From assembly GCA_002633005.1 (NCBI GenBank), contig NMRA01000548.1, forward strand, positions 104,689-168,688: 64,000 nucleotides of DNA, given 5' to 3'. The stretch comes from Phoronis australis. Taxonomy: Eukaryota > Animalia > Phoronida. The position numbers were made by a program, and so were the translations under genes. The notes beneath the pieces are model-generated. The model worked only from the letters and a program-made list of their open reading frames with translations. It was not told the DNA's origin and made no database searches. Below, piece after piece: positions 53,462-64,000 of the stretch (position 1 is its first letter; every line of letters begins with the position of its first letter).

Positions 53462-54899
53462 GGTGAGAATGCTCTGTCATAGGCAGTGAGTCGTGTGTGG
53501 ACAACAATGGCTTATTTCTTTTCATGGAAGAAGCATGAGGGACTGAAGCTAAAGAAGACCTATTAACACTCTGGTCTAGTTCAAGGTCAGATTTTGGGCA
53601 CAAAGCAAGTCAACTGTAGTGCTGTTGTGTTTACCTTCAAGGACCTAGTTGTGGATGTTATTGAAGCTGAATGAGGTTACATGAAAGAAAGCCACCTGCC
53701 GAAACTGGACCTTTCTTACAAGCGCTTCTAAAGGCCATTGAAACTATATCGAAGTGAAATGAAAACCAAGAGCATCTGGTATAAATACCTGTCCTTTCTC
53801 ACTGAGTGGCTTTAACTTTTCCTTTCAGAAGAAAGGCTTTATACTAATGTTAAAAAAATTCAATTTGGTACACATTATGCGGAAATGGCATTCAGTGACT
53901 GCATCGATTGTCGGTAAAAAACCCGTTCATGTTACACTTTGATGGTCAGGCAAGTTTGTCATTAATTATTTAAACCACAATATTTCTTCAGTTTTAAAAC
54001 CCCATGCAGTGCAGTTGTGCTGCTTCTTTGTCAAGCTGAACTGATTATCGGTTACGCTTACGCATTGTCATTTTCATGTTGACCTATAGAAATGTGCAGC
54101 GATCAAAACCAAGTATTCCATTTTTTGCATTTGATTTGTTTATGCGTGTAACTATTTTAGAGCTTTCTTAATAAGGTCTTTGAACTGTTGTGTTAAATTG
54201 TCTATAACAAAAGTTCCACATGGAAGCAAAGTTTGTTTTCAATCGTAGCTATCTGGATAAGAATCTGTTATGCACAAGATTCGAGAATAAACAATAATCA
54301 GCGTATTTAAAAACAAAATGGCAAACTGAACAACCGCATACATACAAAGGAACAACATTGTTAACAACAATTGTAATTTTCCCAGTGCAACAGAGTCCAT
54401 AATCAGGGATATCAAGGGCTGACTTTCTGAATTGAGAGGTTCAAGTCTCTCATGTTATTGCTGAAGGATTGCTTTTCACTCTGTCCAAAGGTAAAATGCA
54501 CGGTAAGGCGGCTGGTTTCAGTCGTTTTCTCTCCCCTGTAACAGAGAAATATTAGTAAATTATAAAAGAAAACAAGACAAAACTACTTTCGTAAGGCAGA
54601 ACATACTTGACATCTCATCTTCATGTTTATATGTAGTTAGTAATAATCTTTGTACCCAATGCTTATTTAAGATCTGAATTAAAATAAGTGAAACAGGCTG
54701 AAAGTGATTTAAAATTGTGTATTTTTCTCAACAAATAAAATTCATTCTAGGAGTCAATATTTATTCCAATGCAATGTTACGATATTTAATGAATAGCTTA
54801 TTCATGTTAATTCGTTAACTAATCTGGTAGTCCTGGAGGTGGGGTTTGCTATAAAATAAGGAAACTCACTCATACATGTATAGCATAGCTTTGAAGAGA

Positions 54900-56780
54900 A
54901 ACTGCAGTGAAAAAGTAATCCTTGACTTCTGAGCGTCACATACCATACACCTCTTATATTGGGCGCATTCCCACCCCTGTAGGACAATATGTGAACTGTG
55001 CTGCTAGCCTAACCGGCATCCGAGTCCCGGGTAAGTTTCCGAAAAGAAACCATGACTTGGTCCCACTCAATAAACCCGTTATTCACTGGGGTAGCTGGTG
55101 GGGATAACATCACCGAACGATGTCGATATAAACTGATTGTTAAAATTTTACCAAGTAACGTTATGTAGTCTTCCAATGGAAATACATTAGAGCACACACG
55201 GGGCTTCGGCATCCACACACTTTTTGTCAGTTGGTTGACCCTTTTGACCGCAATTCTTTGTAGAATTATCACCCTCGGGGCTAACGCCCCTCGGACAATA
55301 ATTCTCCAAAATCCATTCGGGCTCTAGATAACGGGGGATAACGACTTCGCCATGTAATAATCTATATTTATAATAATACAAATAAAAACTGGGCTCTTAT
55401 TTCAGTCAAAACATTTAGGGACTTAGTCTTTAAATTAAGCGCATTGCATGAAAAGATCCCTATGTACTTGTTTTCAATCATATTGAGAATTCAACGTAGA
55501 AAACTCCCAAAAACTTAGTAGTCTTAGGAAACAGTGGAGTCGCTATTTGGGACTGATTCACTGGACCCCAAGCATCCGTGCCCGATCGTATCTGAGATGG
55601 GTAGAGAATTGGGGTGGGTTGTGGTGAATGAAACTGGAGGCAAGAGGGGTAGGGGTTCCAAACCAGCAAGAGATGGAATTCCTGCCTGAAGTCCAGTAAG
55701 CCTGCCTTGTACATGTATGACCCCATAAAACAGCCAAGATGCCTATTGAATACGCAATCTATTTCGGGTATTTTAACGAAGCTTTCCAGCTCTCGTAAAT
55801 CATTCACATTTTTTAAACCAACTATCAGCAGTTAGTTAAAGGCACATTCAGCATGCGTCGGCAGGCCAACTTCAAAGTAAATAACATAACGACGCCTTAT
55901 TTCCTGACTTGATGTTTTAAGACCCATGTCAAAACAAAAATCTAAACAAACGACATCGTCACTGGAGTGTAACAAGTTTCTAAGGTACTACACATACTAC
56001 CGAAGTGCTCGCAGATGTATGGCTCAATGTGTCTTTAAAAGAACACTTCCATCACCACTTCCTACGGCAAATAATCAAGTAGGTTACCAAACCATAAAAG
56101 TAATATTTATTATGCACTGAAGTCCACATCATGATCATATTATATAGGTTATTGACCAACGACAGCCAGGATGTTGACTGTATGGGATCACAACAAATAA
56201 CTTAAACAAGTAATAGCAAATAAACAAAAAATAAATAATAATAAATAATCAAGAATAGATATAAAAACAAATATATGATAAAAACAATAAAATTAGTAAA
56301 TAATAGTAAATATGATTATCTTTTAGATCTGAATGTATTAAGACTGCAGAACGAAATAAAAAAAGTAAGTAGAAGCATCAATGGGCATAGAATAAACTAA
56401 TCAGTAGTTCCCAAAATCATGCAAACAATTTATGATAACTTTCTATATCAGCAATCAAATGCAGGAAACAGTAAAAACATTAAGTTCAAATCACCCTGTC
56501 CATCACTGAATGACTGGCAACAGTTTCACGCAGAAATTCCCTCTGTTTCAATCATGAACATCACCAATCTTAACCATTGAGGAAGCAAAAAAGCACAAGT
56601 CACGAATTTTCAATTAACTGTTGCTGCAGCCGTAAGCAGTGCATAAAGCACCATTGCTTTTTTACTGACGGGAGCCGTGATATCTTGCCATATTTGTTTA
56701 TTGCACGCACACTCGCTAGACGTCTCTACGGTCCATGAAACAACAATGTCCGCCAGTGGCCGTCCGATGGGATTTCGCTG
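54900..56780 (-). mobile_element. Second degenerate THAP/P-element-like remnant
   Basis: Minus strand MARYHGSRQ*KSNGALCTAYGCSNS*LKIRDLCFF near 56690, YICEHF near 56010, NNGFIEWDQV and RMPVRLAAQF near 55000 (resembling the P transposase KMxVxLAAQ motif). Confidence 0.55.
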
Positions 56781-57214
56781 GGTGTACTGTCTCCCTATCT
56801 ACGGTCTCTGATGGTAGCACCAAAGAAGCTGCAGTTACTGGCGCCATGCCTAATCCGACAGCACCACTGACAATTCCCTCTACAGTCACAGGAACAATAG
56901 GGACCGCTGGGTGCAGACTTTTTGCCATCCCCGCTTGACTTACTTCCTCATGCAAGTCAACAACTTTCTGAAATGAATGAATACAAAAATGCATTTAAAG
57001 TATCTACACATATTAACTGCCTACAACTGCCTACTTATCCACACCCACATTTATAACAAACAGTCTGACTCAAGACTCATCCTCTGATTTTCAGCATATT
57101 TTTTAATCAAAGGGCTTTAAAAATCCCAAGTGTGTTAAACCAAACAAATACTTAAAATACCATTTCAGATCAATAAAAGAATACATCCAAGTCATGAAAT
57201 CAAAAACAACAGAG

Positions 57215-57423
57215 TCCGCTTTTTTATAACTATAGTAAGTAGAGAGGTTAGCTTCTGGTAGCAATACAATAGATATAACAACATAGTCCGGTTTTTTATA
57301 ACTATAGTAAGTAAAAAGGCTAGATTCAGGTAGCAATACAATAGATATAGCAATACAGCCCGCTTTTTATAACTATAGTAAGTAAAAAGGTGAGCTTGAG
57401 GTAGCAATACAATAGGTATAGCA
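57215..57423. repeat. Minisatellite, three units of about 70 bp
   Basis: CCG.TTTTT(T)ATAACTATAGTAAGTA.A.AGG..AG.TT..GGTAGCAATACAATAG.TATA repeated three times. Confidence 0.9.
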
Positions 57424-59261
57424 AAACCATCAGTCATGGAGGATGAAATTGTGGTCATTATCAATTATGTCATATTATCTCACCTAAGAGCTTTATTAAA
57501 GCAGCACTGTATGGTGCTCAGCCCTTCGGAGAAATGTTGCTTTGGAATAACGCCTGATTGATATATTTTTCAAGTAATGACCCTTCAGACTATAGGTCCT
57601 TCAAAGTACAATGAAGGCCCATCACAGTAAAGACCCATACTAGTCTACTGGACTAAGTTAACTTCACAGGCCTGTAGGAAGGCAAAAATTATTGGGGTGG
57701 CACAATCCATTTCGACTTCGCCAAACAACCCCGCCCCCCAACCCCCATCGCCNCGAATCTCCCACGTGGGGAGTCACAGTGGCGTATTTAGGGGGCCAAA
57801 ATGCCATGACCCCCCTAAAATTCTCCCAGATTCCATTTGGCAGTTCGGAGGTGCTAATTTCTGACTGATAAAACCCTGGCTATTAATCTGCCCTGCACCC
57901 CCCCCCAACTCAAAATCCTAGATCCGACTCTCGAAAAATCCCGGGGATCCAGCTGTTAAGAGTTGAGTAACCATGAACCAACACGGAGAGTAAGAATGGG
58001 CCTAGGACCAGTACACTGACCTGTAGCGAGGAGCTGCCTCAAGTAGCTATAGCTGAGATCTAACAGTTTGAGAATACGAAATCCCCGATGAACTAAAGTT
58101 AGTTGCTGGTCAGCTCAACTATGATTCACTTGAGACAGGCAACTTAGCTCGTACCGGCCGTCTGCGCTCGTTCTAAGGTCATGATTCGTATTTTTTGTGA
58201 TCCAGTTTCTGGATAACTTTATTTTATTATGATGATTCTTTGAAAGATTTTTTTTGGAAAGATATGAAGCCCCAAAGTACCTGGTATAGTGGTTTTGGGC
58301 TGTTTCAAAATCCCTATTTAAAACACCACCGGTAGTTCAGTTTTTGGTGGCTGGGGAAAAGGATATTGTGTCCCAAAAATGTACACACTTCCTGAACACT
58401 TGCAGTTCAAATTCAGTCCTTGTGGTATTCAAAGAGAGTCTGCCCTGCCTACTGCATGGTTACATCTTATTTTTAACGTGAATACGTCAGTCATGACGTG
58501 CATGCGAATCAGGAAAAGCAAACTTTTCAATTTGGGGGTCGGATTATAGAGTTTTTCCAACTTCAGGCAGCAATTAAATTCACTGAATTATCACCAATTC
58601 TTACAAGAATAGCTTCTAATTGTCAAAAAATCTTCTAAAAATCTATCGATATTCGTAGATACATAAACAAGTAAATCAGAAACCAACGAATTTGTTTATC
58701 AAACAGGAATGTTACTCGCAATTTCCGCATGCATGCTCGTAGACTTTTGACGGGTAACCGGAGGAATATGGGGTATTCGTATTAAGGCGTGTTTTCAGAG
58801 GTACCTATAACGATTCACGATGTAAACTTGAACTCCACTGACAAAAAAACGTTGAAATCTTTGTTTATGATTGCGAGAGCTCTTTGAGTACCCTTTTCGA
58901 TCATAACAAATAGTAGTCTAGACAGCAGTGTTTTCCACAAGACGTGGGAATTCCCTACAAACAACTCATAGTAACCATCGTCAAAAGAGATATTATTCTT
59001 GTGATACTATTGGAAATAGTAACATTATTTTATAACTAACCATCGGAAATAGTCCTTTTGTGTAATTCACAAGTAATGGTCTTCAAAATTCCACCCTTTC
59101 GATGGCGTCAATCCTGCTGTATTTTGTCAAATTTTTGGTTGTTTGGGTTGAATGGCTGTGCTGTGCAAGAATGTTGTGTGTGTTTTGTTTTTGATGAATT
59201 TGGAATCTCAGCTTCCCTCGTGAATATTTGGCAGTGTCGGATTTACATACAGGGGTTAGTG

Positions 59262-59357
59262 CGCTATTCTATATTATGGTTATGGCCATGGATTTAGAAT
59301 GTCTATGTAGCACGCTATTCTATATTTATGGTTATGACCACGGATTTAGATTGTCTA
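59262..59357. repeat. Two-unit tandem duplication of about 52 bp
   Basis: CGCTATTCTATATT(T)ATGGTTATG.CCA.GGATTTAGA.TGTCTAT occurs twice. Confidence 0.85.
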
Positions 59358-60149
59358 TATTTATGTAGCGAGCTACGACAATTAGCATAACCAGGAAAGT
59401 TCTCTTCCTAGTATAACCAAAAATAAGAACTAGAGCCTGTACTTCGTTTAACAAAAGGGTGAGACGAACTCTTTATAGAATATTTTTTCTATTTGGATTT
59501 GATATGTCTTACACCTTGAAGCTTGTAATGCACCAAGGCCAGTCAATGAATGTATATTGTGTTTATTGAAATACCTTTAGGCAATCATTAGTTTTAGCAG
59601 AATTATTAAAGTTTGACTTGTGGCAATATTGCGTAGCGTTTTAAGACACATGTTTATATTGACATCGTTCAGCATTTAATTCCAAAATTCAAGCGCCAAC
59701 GCCACGGATATTCGTCAAGTATGACATATGTAACCCCCCTCTTGTTGCAACACCTGACTACACATGGTTTCTAGAACGTTTTAATGTTTCAATTTACGTT
59801 TAGCAACTATAAGAGACCAAACGTGAAGTAATTACAGAAATTCATAAGCAGTAATAGAATGGCTGCAGGACGGGATTGAACTAGAATCCTCTGGTAAAAC
59901 ACTTCGGGGCGGCAGGTGGCACCAGTAGATTATTAATCAAAATGCGTTTGCCTGACTTACATGTACTTGAATGAATCTATGTAATATTTCTGATGCTAAA
60001 ATGTTTAGTGCCTATGATCACAAATTGCTGTGTTGCCTCTCCCTCCCAGAAGTCATTGACCTGACTGATGAATACTTCTGTATGCATTATACATTACATG
60101 TAGTTCAAAGGCTTAGTTTTGCCCCTTATATTTGCCGTCAATATTTTTT

Positions 60150-60846
60150 TAAGAATTTATTATCATTTATAAAACAGTACAAAACAAACATCCATTCATT
60201 CACGCATGCACACCTCAGGAAAGACCATTCTCGTATCTCGTTTAAAGTAAATAACTTCTACATGTAGTTAACGTGACCAACGAAATTTTCCTATTTCGCA
60301 GAGAAGCTGTCATATACAAAGTTTTTGTATGCAATTAATATTTCAGCATTGTAGTACTCATAATGATATATAATAAACCGGTGAAAATTAGGTATATTTT
60401 TGTGACATCTCTCCTTGTAAATGTACTGTTTGGCTGTTAGAAGCAAAGTGTTAAAAAGCGAATCATGCGTCTCGTAAAATCCAAGAATAACTCGTTCGTA
60501 AGAGAGACTGTTGGGAAGCTGAATGCGACACTTTTGCATTAACTGTCCGAATTCCTTCCAGAAATCTTGTACAATGCGACATTCCCAAAAAAGGTGTGAC
60601 AGCGTCTCTGGAGCTTCATTACAAAAGGAGCATAAATTAGAATCCCGAACACAGATTTTGACTAAAAAGGTATTTGTTGCAATAATCCTGTGTAGTGTTC
60701 TAAATTATAGCCATCTAATGTTGGGATCCTTTGTTATTTCATAAGGCAATGCGTATATTTTCTTCCAGTCTAAACTATCCCCTAACTCTATTTCCCATTT
60801 ACACTCTGACTTAGGTTTCTTAACGTCATTAAAAACTAATGACGTT
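60150..60846 (-). mobile_element. L1/Tx1-like LINE 3' fragment
   Basis: Minus strand LCSFCNEAPETLSHLFWECRIVQDFW and LFNTLLLTAKQYIYK, typical C-terminal Cys/His region of Tx1-type ORF2. Confidence 0.75.
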
Positions 60847-62225
60847 ATGAATTACAAAAAGCAAAACTGCAAATATAATATTACTAAGTCCGAAAAAGAT
60901 GCCCTCACAAATCTCGCTAAAAACAAAGAAATCATAATTAAATCAGCTGATAAAGGATCAGCAGTTGTTATAATGGAGAAGCAAAAATATATTGACGAGG
61001 CTCTCCGACAACTTAATGACACAGCATACTACAAACTTTTAGATAATAACCCCAACACGAAACATATCAGCCTTATAACTAAAACTATTTTGAATGCTTT
61101 CCATTTAGGTCACATTGACAAAGACACCAAAAACTACCTCATTCCTAATGATGCTCAACCTAGTCGCTTTTATCTCCTTCCTAAAATCCACAAAGAAGGT
61201 AATCCTGGACGCCCAATTATAGCCAGCAACAACTGCCCTACAGAAAAAATTTCTCAGTTTGCCGACTACCATCTTCAGCAATTTGTTCCCACCCTTCCTT
61301 CATATGTTAAAGATACGAATCATTTTCTTAATATAATTAAAAACATCAGCGATTTACCTAAAAATGCCCTTCTCGTAACTCTTGGTGTTAATAGCTTACA
61401 GTGTATACACTAATATTCCTCAACATGAAGGCATAGAAGCCTGTACCATGTTTCTTAGTCAACGAAATAATTGTAATATACCTACATCTTTTATTCGCTC
61501 TCTTCTTGAACATGTACTTACCATGAATCATTTTACCTTTAATAATAATCACTTTCTCCAAATATTAAGCACAGCTATGGGCACTAGGGTTGCTCCTACT
61601 TTTGCCAACCTTTTTATGGGAAATCTTGAAAACAGCTTCATCAAATCCTGCTCTGAAAAACCTCTTCTCTGGCTAAGGTACATTGATGGCATTTTTATGA
61701 TCTGGACCCATGGCCCACAAAAATTAGATATATTTTTAGAAAATATTAACAAATTTCACCCTACTATAAAGTTCACTCATGACAATTCTCAAAATAAAGT
61801 CTCATTTTTAGATGTAACTGTCATCCTAAATAATGATAAACTAGAAACTGACTTATTCTGTAAAGAAACTGACAAACACCAATATCTGTCATATCACTCA
61901 TGTCATCCCTTTCGTTGCAAGAAAAGCCTTCCATATAGCCTTGCCCTAAGAATACGACGCATTTCTTCAGAAGAAACTTCTTTTAATAACCGTTTAAAAG
62001 AACTCAAGTACTATCTAGTTCAACGTCATTTCCCCTTACATCTTATACGCAAACAGTTTGAAGACAAAGTCCGTTCAATCACGCGAAATGAATCTTTAAG
62101 AACTAAAACTAAAGGCAATACTACTAATAGATTACCATTCATAACTATGTTCAATCCATGTTTAAACGGAATTAGCCACGTCTTCAGAAAACATCTTTCC
62201 ACGCTGCATATTTCTCCTGCTTCAA
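60847..62225 (+). mobile_element. Penelope-like element reverse transcriptase fragment (truncated, frameshifted)
   Basis: IIIKSADKGSAVVIM, RFYLLPKIHKEGNPGRPII, LYTNIP, TAMGTRVAPTFANLFMG, WLRYIDGIF (catalytic YIDD changed to YIDG), IKFT, FLDV, SCHP. Frameshift near 61399; no GIY-YIG domain follows. Confidence 0.9.
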
Positions 62226-63108
62226 AGATTCCCACTCATAAACGTCAGGGATTTAAAAATTGGCCAGAAGTGGTGTCAACTGGTGTGCTGATAAAACTGA
62301 TGGGATTTTACTTGATGTTTTACTGTCAACATCGATACAGAGATGAACAGACTGACTTGCTGCACCCGTGTGGCTTGAATGCACGTTGTGTTTGACTCTT
62401 CTGTTTTGTAGTCTTGGTCCTAAGTTCACCTGCATCATCAGTTCATGATCTCCAGTTTAATGTGACTTTGAAAAAGATTGAGACAGTTATAATACCCATA
62501 CTGTGTTCTGATTTTCTCACAACGTAGTCAACATGTTGTCATTAACGTCACTTCAACTACACACTGTAGTGATTCACACAGGAAATCAACAATATTATAG
62601 CATTTCTATTATGATATTAATTTTTCATCACACTTACCTCAAAATTGGTCTTACAAAAATACATAAATTTATTGCTTTATGGAAATCAACATAACAAATC
62701 CATTGAACAGTTCCAACGAATTACTTTTGGAATGTATTAGACTAAATCATCACTGAATCATAAACAGATTGATTGATAGTTAAATAGTCTCTCACACGAA
62801 ATCAACAACAATATGAAAGCAATTTCTACAATAATCAAAGACATGTTTTCTTTTAAAATACTAATTGGTCATAACAATTGCATGTAAGTATTGCCCAACG
62901 ACACTTAGTATGGCCATTTAAATCTACCTAATCACTAAAAAATGTACTGGTTCTGTTAAAGATCCTTTTGAAATAACACAGATATAGAAAGAAAGGTTCA
63001 AAACAAAATGTCAAAGTATTATCACATCAGACAACTACAAACTATAAACTCTGTAAAACTGAATAAACTATAGTGACTTAACAACCTTTACCACTGGACT
63101 TAATGATT

Positions 63109-63545
63109 TCATTGATGACGTTTCTGCTTGCTATGCCTGTAGAAGGAGGCATACTGTTTGCATGACATGCCACATTCACCACAAAAAGGAGTGTCCTCGT
63201 GCTGTGACGCAGTGTTGTATCAAGCTTACTCTTTCCGTGAAACATTGATCACAGATACAGCTCTAGGACAATGAATCGACTTAGTTCATGAGCATGATGC
63301 TTCGTGCTGTGTTTTACTACATTGGTAAAAAAACTCTTGACGCATGCAATGCGTCAATGACAGGGCTGTTAAAGGTCTTGCTTTGTTGTAGTGTCATTGT
63401 ATTTTATTGCCATGTGGTCATACTAAGTCGATTTCTTAGTTCCTGAACGAGGCTCCACAACACACACACACACTCCGTTGTGTGTAGTAGAATAGTGGAG
63501 AATAACTCGACTTAGTAGCAGCGTTGTGTTGTGGTGTGGACAGTC
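63109..63545 (-). pseudogene. Decayed C2H2 zinc-finger array
   Basis: Across frameshifts: DCPHHNTTLLLSRVILHYSTTH, CVCCGASFRN, CICDQCFTERVSLIQH, PFCGECGMSCKQYASFYRHSKQKRH*. Confidence 0.5.
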
Positions 63546-64000
63546 TCGGTCCGTCAGTGAGATGGTTGTATTCAGTAACTAAGTGTGGAACACTCAATTA
63601 CACTAGTAATGCAACTGGCAGTAGCAAGATGAGGACTGTCTTTATTAGACAAGTGAACGGATTTATATACAAGTCACAAATATGTGGGTTGCATGCACTA
63701 AACTTTATGATTCAATATCCTACAGGAAAATAACAGGAAGCAACTCTAAAACTTTCACAACAATCATCTGAACTACTCTGTTGTGTTTGCCATATATGGT
63801 AATGGTCAGCTGTCTTTAGGCAATGTTTCTGTGAATGACCATTACGCAATCTTGTTTACTACAGAGATCATCAAAACATGTGTGGATGCACCGGATGGGT
63901 TGGTCGCTGACTCAGCTGACAGCCAAAACAAGTTTCTATAAACAAAAACAATTGTCTAGCAAAGAAATAATATCAATAAGTAATAACACTATCAAACTAA

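Noticed and set aside
57215-57423. CRISPR-like array
   Set aside because: Whole units are repeated with no unique spacers, there are no cas genes, and the context is eukaryotic.
59860-59900. tRNA gene or SINE head (minus strand GTTCAATCCCG)
   Set aside because: Only a B-box-like T-arm is visible; I could not build a cloverleaf or find an A box.

Overview
AT-rich, repeat-dense eukaryotic genomic DNA, most likely from an invertebrate animal (spliceosomal introns, microsatellites, many degenerate transposons); nothing indicates a prokaryotic origin. The only intact host genes I can assemble are two tandem, same-strand paralogues, each with 5 coding exons. They encode secreted proteins with a signal peptide, a Cys-rich PAN/Apple-like domain and a fibrinogen-related domain (FReD). 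Gene A spans 1054-12922 (326 aa) and gene B spans 24191-49341 (328 aa). All introns are GT-AG with matching phases, and the proteins are about 86% identical by manual comparison. The rest is transposon-derived. It includes a young full-length Ty1/copia element in intron 1 of gene B (LTRs, GCCAG target duplication, half-tRNA-iMet-type primer site, gag starting inside the LTR, three disabling lesions) and two Penelope-like elements, one with inverted pseudo-LTRs carrying a variant hammerhead motif. There are also L1/Tx1 and L2/CR1-type LINE remnants, two THAP/P-element remnants, Helentron/HINE-like elements, many MITEs and a decayed C2H2 zinc-finger array. All calls are from reading the sequence by eye; no searches were run.
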